DNA of 63,570 nt, filler included, from Octopus bimaculoides (taxonomy: Eukaryota): assembly GCF_001194135.2 (NCBI RefSeq). It is 5 parts of 4 records of this genome, joined end to end, with 100 filler letters (N's around TTAATTAATTAA, not from the genome) between each part and the next. Parts side by side here need not be neighbours in the genome. Positions count along the whole stretch, not along the records: positions 18,624 to 28,791 come from NC_068985.1; positions 28,892 to 50,697 come from NC_068982.1; 3 more parts are not named here. The stretch is one strand, 5' to 3'. The position numbers were made by a program, and so were the translations under genes. How positions within the stretch are numbered: position 1 is the stretch's first letter; each line of letters begins with the position of its first letter. This document shows positions 22,997-35,227 of this stretch, one piece after another. The notes beneath the pieces are model-generated. The model did not search any database. It was not told the DNA's origin and was given only the letters and a program-made list of their open reading frames with translations.

Positions 22997-23285
22997 TCCT
23001 GGGCCAAATTCAATGCAAATATTCTACCAGTTTTTACATTTAAAATGGTCGTATCCAGCCCAGATATTCTACCAGTTTTTACATTTGAACTGGCCATATA
23101 TGGCCTAAATATTCCACTAGTTTTTACATCTAAACAGGCTGTATCCGGCTCAAACGTTCTACAAGTTTTTACATTTAAACTGACCAAATCCAGCCTAAAT
23201 GTCATACCAGTATTTTACATTAATACTGGCCATATCTGGCAAAGTTTTCTACCAGTTTTTATATCCGAACCAGCCAGATCCAGGC
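22997..23285. repeat. 45-bp minisatellite, about 6 diverged units, in the DNAI2 intron
   Basis: Unit core ATTCTACCAGTTTTTACATT recurs at 23021, 23066, 23111, 23156, 23201 and about 23247. Confidence 0.9.
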
Positions 23286-24473
23286 TAGGTGCAGCTCTTC
23301 TGTTTACGAGTTCCAGTCAAACTGTCTAACCCATGCCAGCATGGAAAACAAATTCTAAATGATTAGGATGATGAAAACAAAAAAATTTCATTTAAGTTAG
23401 GTTATAAAGAAGATATTTCAAGCCAGGAGTGACACTATCTCAATCAAACAGCATTTATATCCATAAGTGCCAGAAGTGGATCAACTTAACTGCACTCATT
23501 TCTCTCTTATCATTTGAGTCAGCCTACTTTATCAATATTCCACTTCTCATTGCCTTCATTCAAATTGCTATGTGACAGGCAAGCCAACATGGAAGCCTCC
23601 ACCTTGTCCCTTGACCTACAAGAAATGACAGGTCAAGGGATGTGGTAGAGGCAGTATTAAATAAAGGAGGATACATTAGACAATATAATCCGTAATATGT
23701 GAAAAAAAAAGAATAAAGAATAAAGACAGGATGGTCATAGCTAGAATGCCTTTGACCGTAGGTCTAATCTTTCAAGATTGATCTGAGGTTAAAAAGCAAC
23801 AACTATATGAAAAGTTACTTCTGAAAATCCTAACACATCATCCAGTTTAAAACTTTCTTTGGTGCTTGAGTATTTAGTAGAATTTACTATGTTGCAGGCA
23901 CTGAGACCAGACAGCCAGGTTCCTCTTCTGCTATTCTTTTTTTTTTTTTCCTTATCTTCAGATTAATATCTACAGATGCTCAGCTACCGATATGGTAGAC
24001 TAGACATCCACCATATTAATTTCACCAATCGGGACAGGTTGCAAAATGTCATGGGCACTGCCCTTCCTTCTCCAGCTAAACTTAACATACATGTTATAAA
24101 CAGAATGGTGGATCTCCGTCATTCAGTGAGAGGGTTCAATTGTTTAACCAACTGAATGAACGTGGAACTAGCTGAGCATTTCAGAGACAAGTATACCCCA
24201 GACATAATTCTTAGAATTAGTGTGGCAGTGTGATGAAGCTGTATTTTTTGAGCTACAGACTCCTATACAGATACTGTCGACCAAATTTCATGCACGAAGT
24301 AAAGGTCAATTGGAAGCTTTAGGAAATGACTGTTGCCCAAGATGCTACACTCAAGAATTGATCTTAGGACATCATAGTTGCAAAATGAATTGCTTAGCTA
24401 TTTTGTCCAATCTACACCTACATAAACAGAATACATTACTTTTAAAACAAAATGAAAATAAAGAACTGATGAC

Positions 24474-24609
24474 CTGAATAGTTAAAGATGGCTCATTTTG
24501 TTTATAAAGATAATCCCAGATGTCAAGTGTCCCATCCACTTTTGTGGTGAAGAATACAGCTGGTCGGACTGGACTCCAGGAACCATCACTCAAATAACAG
24601 GAATGTTGC
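24474..24609 (-). CDS. DNAI2: Dynein axonemal intermediate chain 2, internal exon (136 nt, WD40 region)
   Basis: G + QHSCYLSDGSWSPVRPAVFFTTKVDGTLDIWDYLYKQNEPSLTIQ aligns to YH.AYLTD..WSPVRP.VFFTT.MDGTLDIWD; acceptor ttttag; splices in frame to the 21839 exon through a weak donor CAG|GTCATC. Confidence 0.94.
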
Positions 24610-24974
24610 CTAAAATAAGAAGCAATGGAGAATGACATGAAGAACGATGGGATGGTCAACTGAAATGATTCTGAAGAAACTGATGCAATAAAAATGTCAT
24701 CTTTTTTTCAGGAGTGGGGTTACCATTGCTAAAATTTTTAAATGTATGAGACTTTATGTAGATATCTTCAAAACAAAACCAACAAAATCCACCCTTTTTA
24801 ATCACAGGCAGTTAGGCTGTTTCTCCTGTACAGTTCATTTCTATGCCATTGTGTATTAATAAAATGTGCATCAGTAGGTAGTTTCTTATCATTGCAAGAA
24901 TAGCTTTTGATGCATTGTGCATATTGTGCATATGGGTGCAGGAGTAAGAAGTTTATTTCCCAATCACATTGATC

Positions 24975-26335
24975 CAGGTTTAGTCCCACTGTGTGGCACC
25001 TTGGTTTCTTCTTCTACTATAGCCTCAGGCTGACCAAAGCCTTATGGTGTGTGTCTGTGTTTGTCTTCCACCACTGCTAGACAACCAGTGTCGGTGTGTT
25101 TATTTCCCTGTAATGTAGCAGTTCAGCAAAAGAGACCAATAGAATAAGTACCAGGATAAAGAAAATGAAAAGAGTACAAGGGTCAATTCACTGAATTGAA
25201 ATTCTTTGAGCTGGTACCCCGTCATGGCAACAGTCCAATGACTGAAACAAGTAAAAGGATAAAAGTAAAAGAATTACAACACATAACCATTTAAAAGCTG
25301 AAAGAGTAAAATGAGCCACGAAATTTGTTTAATCATCTGGAAATGACTTGAAGACTTCATATCCACCTAATTTTCCAGTCCACCTAGGAATGGTGGTCAT
25401 AAAACTGAAAATAAGGATAGCCTGTGTGGTAAGAAGCTTGCTTCCCAACCACAAGGTTCCAGGTTCAGTCCTACTGTGTGACACTTTGAGCAACTGTCTT
25501 CTGTTAGCCTCAGGCTGACCAATACCTTGTGAGTGTATTTGGTAAATGGAAATTGAAAGAAGCTCATTGTATATGTATATATATGTATGTGATATTTTTA
25601 TATAAGCCTAAAGGTTATGGTGATCACCATGCAATGACTAAGGAAAATAGTCTAATAAAGGAGCATATAAGCCCACAACAGAAAAAAAGAAGCCTTTCCT
25701 ACCAGCGTGGGAGTCGAACCCACATCCCTTTGTTAATGTGACTGTGTTACCTTTACACCAGCGAATCAGCTTCCCCATTTCTGTAAAATTTAAGAGCTAT
25801 AATAGTTCATGTTTGTTTTTATGTAAACAAATCTTCTATATGCTTTCAGTGCAAATGGTTTTTTATATGGCGCCGATTTTACAGTCTTGTAAATAATAAT
25901 AATGCTATTTTTATATAAGCTTTAAGCTTATGACAATCATCATGCAATGACTAAGGAAAATAGTCTAATAAAAGGGCATATAATCCCTCAACAGAAAAAA
26001 AGAAGGCTTTCCTACCCGCGTGGGGGGGGTCAAACCTACATCCCTTTGTTAATGCGACTAAGTNNNNNNNNNNTATATATATATATATATATATATATAT
26101 CTTTGTGTGTGTGTCTGTGTTTATCCCCACTCCATCACCACTTGACAACTGGTATTGGTGTGTTTACATTCCTGCAATTTGGTGGTTCAGCAAAAGAGAC
26201 TGATAGAATAAGAACCAAGCTTAAAAATAAGGCCTGGAGTCAATTCATTCAACTAAAACTCCTCAAGGTGGTGCACCAGCATGGCCACAGTTTGGTGACT
26301 GAAACAGGTAAAAGATAAAAGATAAAAGATAAAGA
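24975..26335 (+). mobile_element. Three partial SINE family B copies (24975-25265, 25420-25575, 26100-26335)
   Basis: GTCCCACTGTGTGGCACCTTGG, TAGCCTCAGGCTGACCAA and GCAAAAGAGAC...AGAATAAG segments. Confidence 0.75.
25700..25767 (-). pseudogene. Degenerate tRNA-like sequence (tRNA pseudogene or SINE head); second truncated copy at about 26010-26062
   Basis: Minus strand TGGTGTAAAGGTAACAC (D arm GTGT/ACAC) and a perfect T arm GTGGG-TTCGACT-CCCAC; acceptor and anticodon stems do not pair; lies in a roughly 300-bp tandem duplication. Confidence 0.5.
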
Positions 26336-26344
26336 TAACTTAAG

Positions 26345-27640
26345 ACCTTCAAACATGCCAAACACCTACTGTTCAGTAAGTCTTTTCTAAGTGATACAAT
26401 GCAGCACTTAAAAGCTGTCTGAATGGTTCTTATTCCTCTGCTTCCATCCTTCCATTTAACATAGATCTTGTCAGTATTACTGTTGATGTGGAAGTTACCA
26501 ATCAGTCATTGTATCATGCTAGTCTTGGTGTCCAAGCTGCAGATTTCTTTATGTGTCTGGTCTAGTATCCCAAATGTTAATGTGAGTGCAGGTGCTGTAA
26601 AAGCATTGTAAGGTGTGGTTCAATTGAATGCAGACTGTTCTGACCTCCACTGAAGTATTCCTTTGTCAGTTTGCTGAAGTATTCCTTTGTCAGTCTAGTT
26701 TTACTAGACTGACAAAGGAATAGCCCCAACATAAGCAATATTCTCATAAATTATGAAGTTATCTGTAATATTCACCACTAGTGATAGGGGAGATAGACAA
26801 ACCATTCATGTCCATATTCCTCATTTGACTACCAAATATGAACACTTATCCTGACCAAACTCCATTCCTATGTTCCTCCAAGAATATATTGTGACCACTT
26901 CTAATTATCTCTTGGTGTCATGAATATTACTTAAGCAAGTTTAAGTTCATCAACAAGAAAGATATGGGTGAAATTAATCTTGAATTCATCTGCAGCTTCT
27001 CTCATGTAACCATTGTATTTTCATAACAGAGCTGACAAGGGATTCACTGCTAGAACAAAAAAGTATTACAGATAAATTGTTACTCTGAGATATTCCAGTT
27101 GATAGCCTAATTTTGCTAGTGACAATAGTGGTAATGGCAATTCTTATCAGTAGTGCTGTGAACCACATTGTTGTCAGTCTATTAATGGCATTAACTATAG
27201 TAGTAGGAAGCTTGGCAAAGCATAGTAACTCTATTATCCATGAATGAAGGACAGATACAAACAGCTTTTAGCCATAAAATGGACAGATTTCAGTAGCGTT
27301 GTTTTCTTCCTTAAGAACAGCTTTGTGTATGAGAAGTAGTTTGGTACATCCCCAAACTGCTTTCTTTACTCCTGCATGTTCTTCAGTCACTACATTGAAT
27401 TTCACAGTGATCCTGGAAGAATACATTCAAGCAATCTGTGTATAATTCATGCACCACATTCAAGCACAGTATGGGGGTGTAGTTTCAGGCATCTCTTCGT
27501 TGTTAGCTACAATGTTGTATGTGCAATTGCCAACCAATCTTAGCATTCATTTGAACAGGTTGACAAGAGCTGTAAAACATGAAATTCCTGTACAAATAAC
27601 TAAGAATCAAGGCTTAACCAGGGGATTTTCTGTCCATTAA
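26345..27640 (-). mobile_element. Decayed reverse-transcriptase region of an R4/Dong-like non-LTR retrotransposon
   Basis: Ordered minus-strand remnants NYTQIA (NYRPIT), NIGMEFGQDKCSYLVVK (DIGMEFGLDKCA), YNAFTAPALTLTFGILD...LDTKT (INTYAVPVLTYSFGII...LDRKT); many stops and frameshifts. Confidence 0.75.
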
Positions 27641-28354
27641 TTTTATAACAATCAACAGGAGAGTTTTATTGTTGATGTTATAAGATGATGGGCAGTAAAT
27701 TGAGGGAGAACAGAATTCTGTTGTTCTGAAAAAACTACATAGGGATAAACTTAAGAGATTTTATAAAGGGTAACAAGAGGAAGATATGTGGCTACCATAA
27801 TTGGATTTCAGGGGTGGGGTTACAAAATTATGTTGAAGAGGAGCAGAAATGGTTAAAGAAGAAGATAAAAGAGAAGGGGACCTAATGATTGTGAAACTTT
27901 ATCATGGCAGATATGACCAGGACTGACTAACACCTGAACTACAATTGGTTAGCAATGAAGTTAAATATTTACTTAGTTCTCATGATGAAAGAATCTCTGC
28001 TTTCTTCAGACCAAATCTGGAAAAGACAAATAAACAAAACATTTGACATTTTAGAGCAATCATCATTATTAACCATTATCATCTTTTACTACATCATCAG
28101 CCTTTACTACTCTCAGATTCATTGTCATCATCATCATCATTATCATCATCACTATCACTAATATTCAACATCATCATTTTCGTTGTTGCCAGCATCATCT
28201 TCATCACCACTACAAACACCACTACCACCATACTCATCCCACCTAATATAACAACAAAAAACAAAGACCAGTTCGTTCAAAAAATTTGAAAGGAAAAAAC
28301 ACATAACATGGAAAAAAAAAAAACTAATTGTAAATGGCTTGGCACAGAATCTCT

Positions 28355-28580
28355 CTTATTGTTTATCTTGTTTCAGTCATTAGACTGCAGTCATGCTGGG
28401 GCACTACCTTGAAGAATTTTGTCAAATGAATCGACCCCAGTACTTATTTTTTGAAAGCCCATTGCTTATTCTATTAATCTCTTTTGTTGAACCACTGAAT
28501 TACAGGGATGTAAAGCGATGGAGCGGGGGACAAACACAGACACAAAGACACACACAAACACACATACATTCATACATGTG
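28355..28580 (-). mobile_element. SINE family B, 3' half
   Basis: TCTTGTTTCAGTCATTAGACTGCAGTCATGCTGGGGCAC...GGGGACAAACACAGACAC. Confidence 0.8.
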
Positions 28581-28581
28581 C

Positions 28582-28791
28582 GGGTGACACATGAAATTTT
28601 TTCGAGCAGGGTCGTTGCCAGTGCCCCTGGACTGGCTCATGTGTGGGCAACACATGAAATCTTTCGAGCGGGATCGTTGCCAGTGCCCCTGGACTGGCTC
28701 TTGTGTGGGTGACACATGAGGCTTTTTTGAGCGAGATCGTTGCCGGGGTCCCTGGACTGGCTCTTGTGTGGGTGACACATGAGGCTTTTTC
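28582..28791 (+). repeat. 62-63-bp tandem repeat running into a scaffold join
   Basis: ACACATG at 28587, 28650, 28712 and 28775; unit ...TCGAGCG(G/A)GATCGTTGCCAGTGCCCCTGGACTGGCTC... Confidence 0.9.
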
Positions 28792-28891
28792 NNNNNNNNN
28801 NNNNNNNNNNNNNNNNNNNNNNNNNNNNNNNNNNNTTAATTAATTAANNNNNNNNNNNNNNNNNNNNNNNNNNNNNNNNNNNNNNNNNNNN
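28792..28891. other. Artificial scaffold join: 44 N + TTAATTAATTAA + 44 N
   Basis: Same construct as 18524. Confidence 0.95.
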
Positions 28892-29170
28892 TGATGAGAA
28901 GGTTACAATTTTAATATCAAAGATCCCTATGGATCACACAGGTTGTAATCCTTTGAAACATATGTAGGAATAAAGTATGCAATTATAACATACGTTTTCT
29001 CCAATCCTTAAATTCTTAAATATACTCAAATACCCAAAATTTCAAGGAGTTCCTGCCTTAAAAACAGGAACTAAACCACAGTTATTTTGTGTTCTTTGCT
29101 ACATTGGTTTCTATTAACCCATTTATTCTATCAGAAGAATTTTTATTCATTAAGATAGAAGAAATACACA

Positions 29171-29210
<40 letters not shown>

Positions 29211-30897
29211 CACAGAAACGTATTTAAAACTTATCTAATGTAGCATTTATGGCCTTTTTTCAAAGAGGGTCTCAATTTCTCACTCAAATTGAAGAATTCA
29301 ATCTCATTCACTGACATTTACTTCCTGTCTCCATCTTCCAAATTTATCACTTATTTTGGGCTTCCAGTTAGCTTAAAATGAACACGGGTTTTTATCCCCC
29401 CCCCTTTCACAAGCCAAACACAACCCATGAATACAATTCTAAGAAATGAATATTCTGGAAGGTTTTTATAATTTTACCTGTATATTCTGCTTTCAATAAT
29501 ATTACTTTAGCTTTAATATTTTTTTAAGAACTGTAATGCTTTAGCTTGGAGTTAATAGGAAAGAATAATTTGGAATCAGAAAATGAAAAAATCATAAAAG
29601 AAAACCGAAATGTTTTTCTGTACATATGAATATGTGGGTGAATAGTAACAGATTATACCTGTAATGTACAACATTGGTAATTTCTGAGAAAAGTGGCATA
29701 CTTATGAAGGAAAACAGAATGAGTAAGGAAGATAAAAAAAATAACTTTGATTTCCTGAATTACCCAAGCAAATTAGTAAATTCTATGAAAGGTGTTTGCA
29801 ATTTTAAATGTCGTAGTTAACATACTAAGCTGACATCGTTGAAAATAAAAAAAAAGAAAGAAATTATGTAAATAAAAATTAGTATCAGGAAAATTACCGA
29901 GATCCTATTAACTGTTTGAAAGGTTTTAGACTCGAAAATTATAAATGAAGATATATGTTTGTCCCATGTCAAGAGTGTATCAACATCCAAACATTTAAAC
30001 ATATATTACATTACAAGATTTAATGAAATATAGCAGACAAGAGAAATGTGAAAACGATGCAATTTCCTGAATGTCGTTCAATTTCATCACACCAACAAAA
30101 TTTTGAAAAATATAAGATTATTTGTTTTGGTAACTCAGGAAAGCTAAGTTACTTTTTGCTGTTGTAATTTTAACTACAGAGCTTGCTTCTAAGATTACGT
30201 AAAATGTGTACGTACTTGTTCGTATGCACTCCGAAAAATGTCGTTACTTTGAAACAATATATACAAATTATGTTGTACATATATGTTACATGTAATTTGT
30301 GTATATAATGCTATGAAACATTATTTTATGATTAAATATTATTTTATCAGTAAGAAAAAATTTCCATATACAGCGTCGTTTGTCTTGCCGCTGCTGTTGT
30401 TATTTTTCTTTTTCTATTTGATGTCATAAAGTACTGTTTGTGCTTCAGATTGAAGTATAAGTAAAAATTTCAAGTTATAAATGTAAAGCTGAGACAGAAA
30501 TTACGAAATATATTTAGATTACGTGCACACACACACACACACACACACACACGCAATATGTATGGATAGCAAAGTAGATGTGTACAGATTTCAGAGAAAT
30601 GTACTATGTAAACAAAAATATTTATATGTCTGTATTAGCATTCATAAAAAGTAATGTGCCTAAGAAAGTATATATGCCCCAGTAAAGTATTCTTACGTCT
30701 AGCATAAATAGCATAGTCTTAAAATCTCCAATTTCAATATAACAGAACACAGCTGACGTGTGTTGCCAAAAACACTACTGAACTGTTCTGTTGTAGCAAA
30801 AACTAGAATAATCACCATTGATCTGTGTCATTGCAATCATCAGAGAGCTGTATAATGTCATTAGATTTAATGATCTGTGTCATTAGAGCTACTGATT

Positions 30898-31288
30898 GTT
30901 GTTGTTGTTGTTGGCACTCCGTCGCTTACGACGTCGAGGGTTCCAGTTGATCCGATCAACGGAACAGCCTGCTCGTGAAATTAACGTGCAAGTGGCTGAG
31001 CACTCCACAGACACGTGTACCTTTAACGTAGTTCTCGGGGATATTCAGCGTGACACAGTGTGACAAGTTTGACCCTTTGAATTACAGGTACAACAGAAAC
31101 AGGAAGAAAGAGTGAGAGAAAGTTGTGGTGAAAGAGTACAGCAGGGTTCGCCACCATCCTCTGCCGGAGCCTCGTGGAGCTTTAGGTGTTTTCGCTCAAT
31201 AAACACTCACAACGCCCGGCCTGGGAATCGAAACCGCGATCCTATGACCGCGAGTCCGCTGCCCTAACCACTGGGCAATTGCGCCTCC
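30898..31288 (-). mobile_element. SINE family C, full length, with 14-bp TSD
   Basis: Head GGAGGCGCAATTGCCCAGTGGTTAGG...GGTTTCGATTCC, (CAA)n tail; TAGAGCTACTGATT at 30884-30897 and 31291-31304. Confidence 0.94.
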
Positions 31289-31969
31289 ACTAGAGCTACT
31301 GATTAGGCACGTCATTACAACCACAACTGATATTGTCGTATTAACTGCTGAAGTATCATGGAAACCGGCATAGAAATTTGTTATGATATTTGCTTTTGGC
31401 TTATTCCCTTATACTCACTGATGAGATGTATCATTCCGCCCATCGCTGAGCAGTGTTTCTCAATGTCAACAGTTTTGCACAGCCATAAAAGGTGATCGAG
31501 AAATAACAATCTAATTTTCTTTCAGCCTCACAGTAACGTCTTGCATTAGGAAAGAACATGTTAGACCAAATGGTGGGTGGGTGCACAAGGTCATAACTTG
31601 CATAAAGACACCATGCATCTACAGGTGAAATTCACAGTAACAAAACTGACTCAATCCAAATAAAATATATTAATAAACCCTACTGTACCTCAAGAAATAT
31701 CTTCCCTCCAGAGAGAGAGCGAGAGAGAGAGAGAGAGAAAGAGAAAGAGAGAGAGTGTGAGAGAGATAGGTAGATATATACATATATATATATACATATA
31801 ACAAATTCTAAAAGGGTGGCTTATTAGTAATTAGAAACTAAAGGCAAAATTAATAGAGTCACAAAAGTGAGGGAGGGTACTGACTAGCACCGCTTTTGCT
31901 AAAGATAAAAGTTAAACTAACTCAAAGCCACAAACGCATTGAAAAAGGGAGGTAATTCCCGAGCGTACA

Positions 31970-32630
31970 TAACCAGATCGTGGTTTCGGATTTTGATGCA
32001 GACCATCTTAATCTTCATTAGCGGCTCTTAACGTTTATGTTTAAACTCAGCTACCAATGTCAGTCTCATAAGAAAAAGCGTTGAAGACGTGTGCTGATTT
32101 CCCAAGCGGTAAAAGTGTAAACAACGAATTTTCATTATAAGACTGACAGCGGTAGATATGTTTAACCTGAGGCGTTAGGACGGTCTACACGAAACTCCGA
32201 AATCACGATCCGACTATGTACGTTAAGGACTTAACTCCCTTAACTTTAGCAAAAGCGGTGCGAATCAGTACCCTCTGTCACTTTTGTGACTTCTATTAAG
32301 ATGATTGTGATGCAATAGTGTCTTAAGCAATTAAGAACCCTTGTGACGTTGAAAACTTGTTGCAAGGCATTAGTGTATCTATAAATGGGTTGGAGAACAG
32401 CAGAAAATTTAACATTGCAAAATGCCAAATTATTTGCAACATCCAGTCTATACTCCACAACCAAATACACAGAAGCTAGTGGGACTACCTTTCTTGAGGT
32501 ACACTCAATCTATGACTTGCGCGCATTGAGAAAGATTCAATCAATAATCATGTACAATTTGAACGACAAGCCAGTGATAATAAATGTTATGCCAACTTTT
32601 GCATTACTTTCGGTACAATGCTCGGATGTG
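31970..32630 (+). mobile_element. Decayed RTE-clade LINE reverse-transcriptase fragment
   Basis: YKTDSG...FNLRR (YRTDG.LFNLRRL), DFY*DDCDAIV (LLFADDCALV) and EASGTTF...DLRALRKIQ...VMPT (KAS.AFG...DLR..TK.....VVLPT). Confidence 0.7.
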
Positions 32631-35010
32631 TCTTTCTTTCTTTCTTTCTTTATTTATTTCTTTCTTTGTTTCTTTGTTTCTTTGATTCTTTCTTTCTACC
32701 TACCTACTTGTTTGTCTTTTTGTCTGTCTAAAAAGGTTTGTGTGTGTATGCAGTTATTTATGCATTTAGAACCTACATTTGTTTTGTGTATTTCTCACAA
32801 AAAATCTGTTGTACATTGACGCACCACGTGTGTCTAACCGACAACTGTGTGTTATGGCTTAGGAACATAATCAGAAACTGACCACAAATTTCCAATAAAA
32901 TAGTTCTGGTGAAAATAGTGTTAATGAAGTCTTTTCACGTGTATATATGTCGTTATTGATACAATTTGATCCACAGTGTTATTTCTGTGTATGAGAATTG
33001 ATTTTATCATAGAGCTGTGAAAACACGTCTTAAGCTAGCGCCGCGATATAAATCTGTCTTATAACAATTTTATCTTTCTTCAGACGTGGTAAGTATATTT
33101 CTATTATCATGTGAATTGATAGAATCAGTGGAGTTGCGGACAAAATGCATTGTACATATTATCCTTCTTTACAGCCTAAGTAAAAATCATTTCGAAGTCG
33201 ACTGTTACTTTCATTCTACCTTGGACAATTAAAAGGAACATCCAAGTACTTCTGTTTATTATGTTGACTATACTAATTCCCTACATGTAGGCTCATGTCT
33301 GTGATTTATAAAGCATTATACTATCTTTCTGCGATAAAAAGAAAACAAAAACCTACTACATATTACAATGGTTTTCTTTAAGTTGAAGCAAATTTGCTTT
33401 TTTCAGTCCAGGATACTTGGTAAACTTTGAAATTATGCCTTCAATAAACACGAGTCTATTTCACATTATACATGACATCATCTTATAAATTTCCATATAA
33501 AGTGATTTGTCACTACCTTGCCAGTTCTTTTGACTATCTCTATTTACTACTAACAGTTTGGGATGATACCCTTTACTTTAACTTCATCGTTATGCATACC
33601 AATGTCCACTTCTGCTCATATTCAAAATGGCAAGTCGGGTTGAAAGCAAGAGTAATGTAGAACATAAAGAAAATAGTATCAGCAATCACATTAATGGTTT
33701 ACTTTCTCTTTTTGCTTTCGATTGATCTTGAAGACCCGTGCTTCTAACCCTGTAGATCAATACGTAATTAAAGTGTGCAAGTAATACATGTAGTAGCTGG
33801 TCATTCGAAAGTACTGATGTTTGGGAGACAAATTATATGATGCATTTCAGCTGTGGGAGCAGTTCTTGGTTTTATCTGAAGTTGGCCGAAAATTAGTAGT
33901 TGTTGGGCGGGGGTTCGCTTGTTTCTAGTCTTTTAGAGGAAAGGTTTGTGATGCAGCCTTAGCTATATGGAAAAGGCTTGTTCGTCAGGAGAGATCATCA
34001 GTAAGTAAATAAGTAAGTCATACTGACTCATAAGGGAAGGTTTCTCGGATTCCATTGGGTGTATATTCCTCACCATTTTTCCAGCTGAGTGGACTGGAGC
34101 AACGTGAAATGAAGTGTTTTACTCAAGAACACAATCCGTCGCTCGACTCAGGAATCGAGTCCAACACCTTAACCATTATGCCACGCGCCTCTACAAGGGC
34201 CATCATTGATTGGGAGTCCCTGCATTAGCAGTAACCCAGCAGCTTCTAGTAAGAGGTAACCCAGCGGCTTCTAGTTTTATTGACAAGTTTACTTGCTTTG
34301 ATATGTGCAATAATTATGGTTTCGTCCCGGACAACATTGACGTGGATGGATATTTTCGAATTTTGTGTTAATGGTGTCAGCGTAGGTTTAGTATGAGGTG
34401 TCTAGGTTGCTTGTCTGAAGTTTGGGACGAATGAAGAGGAATATTAGTAGCCTGAACGTGGGGGTTGTAGGAGGTCATAGCCACTATACTTTCGATTTAT
34501 AGAAACAAATGTCTGAGAGTAGAACCGGACTCTAGGCCACACCATAATTGAGTGTGAATTCGCTTCTCCCACGTTCGTTTTTTCTCTCTCATCCTTTTTC
34601 TAATTCTCTTTTTCTCCCCTTCACCGTTTTCTATCTCTCTCTCTATCGCTGTCTCTTTCCCTGTCTCTTTCCCTCCCTCTTTCTCCTTTACTCTCTCTCT
34701 CTCTCTCTCTCTCGTTGCTCAAACGTGACTATCGTCAATCTTTCTTTTCCTCACATGTTCATCTACCTTTTCCTTCAGTCTGTCGTACAGACCAGACGCA
34801 TTCTTATCTGTCTCCTATCTTTTCTGTTGTCAAAGGCAATATTCCTCCAGCATTCACTACCTTACCTCGTCTGGCCTAACGGCCCACAGTGTTTGTTTTC
34901 GTTTGGCTTGTTGTATGTCTCCACTGTCTTGTTTTTGTTACCAACTCTGATGGATGCTCTGCAAGTCTCAAATTTTATTTTGGCTCGCGGGAGCAACTGC
35001 TTTTCGAAGA

Positions 35011-35076
35011 CTCATATTGTCGTTAAATGCTCGAAATGAGGAGTAGATAGACAACAGACAACTGATGAACGATCGT
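35011..35076 (+). ncRNA. Candidate hammerhead ribozyme with non-canonical strand order, copy 3
   Basis: CUCAU-A 35011-35016; stem I UUGUCGUU 35017-35024 / AAC(A)GACAA 35053-35061; GAAA 35033-35036 with stem III AUGAG / CUCAU; CUGAUGA 35062-35068; possible stem II GAUCGU / AUGCUC with one mismatch and a 2-nt offset. Confidence 0.6.
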
Positions 35077-35227
35077 ACTCTATGTTACTTGTCTTGTTTT
35101 CCATTTATTTCTGTCGTTGTTCGCATACCCAAATTTGTCTTCGAATTTCATGCTGTTTTCGAATTTCGTATTTCATGTTGTTTACGTTTTTGTGACATCC
35201 TGTACCCATATATTCATATATATGTAT

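Noticed and set aside
22997-28791. 45-bp and 62-bp repeats considered as CRISPR-like arrays
   Set aside because: The units are contiguous with no unique spacers, the context is eukaryotic and there are no cas genes.
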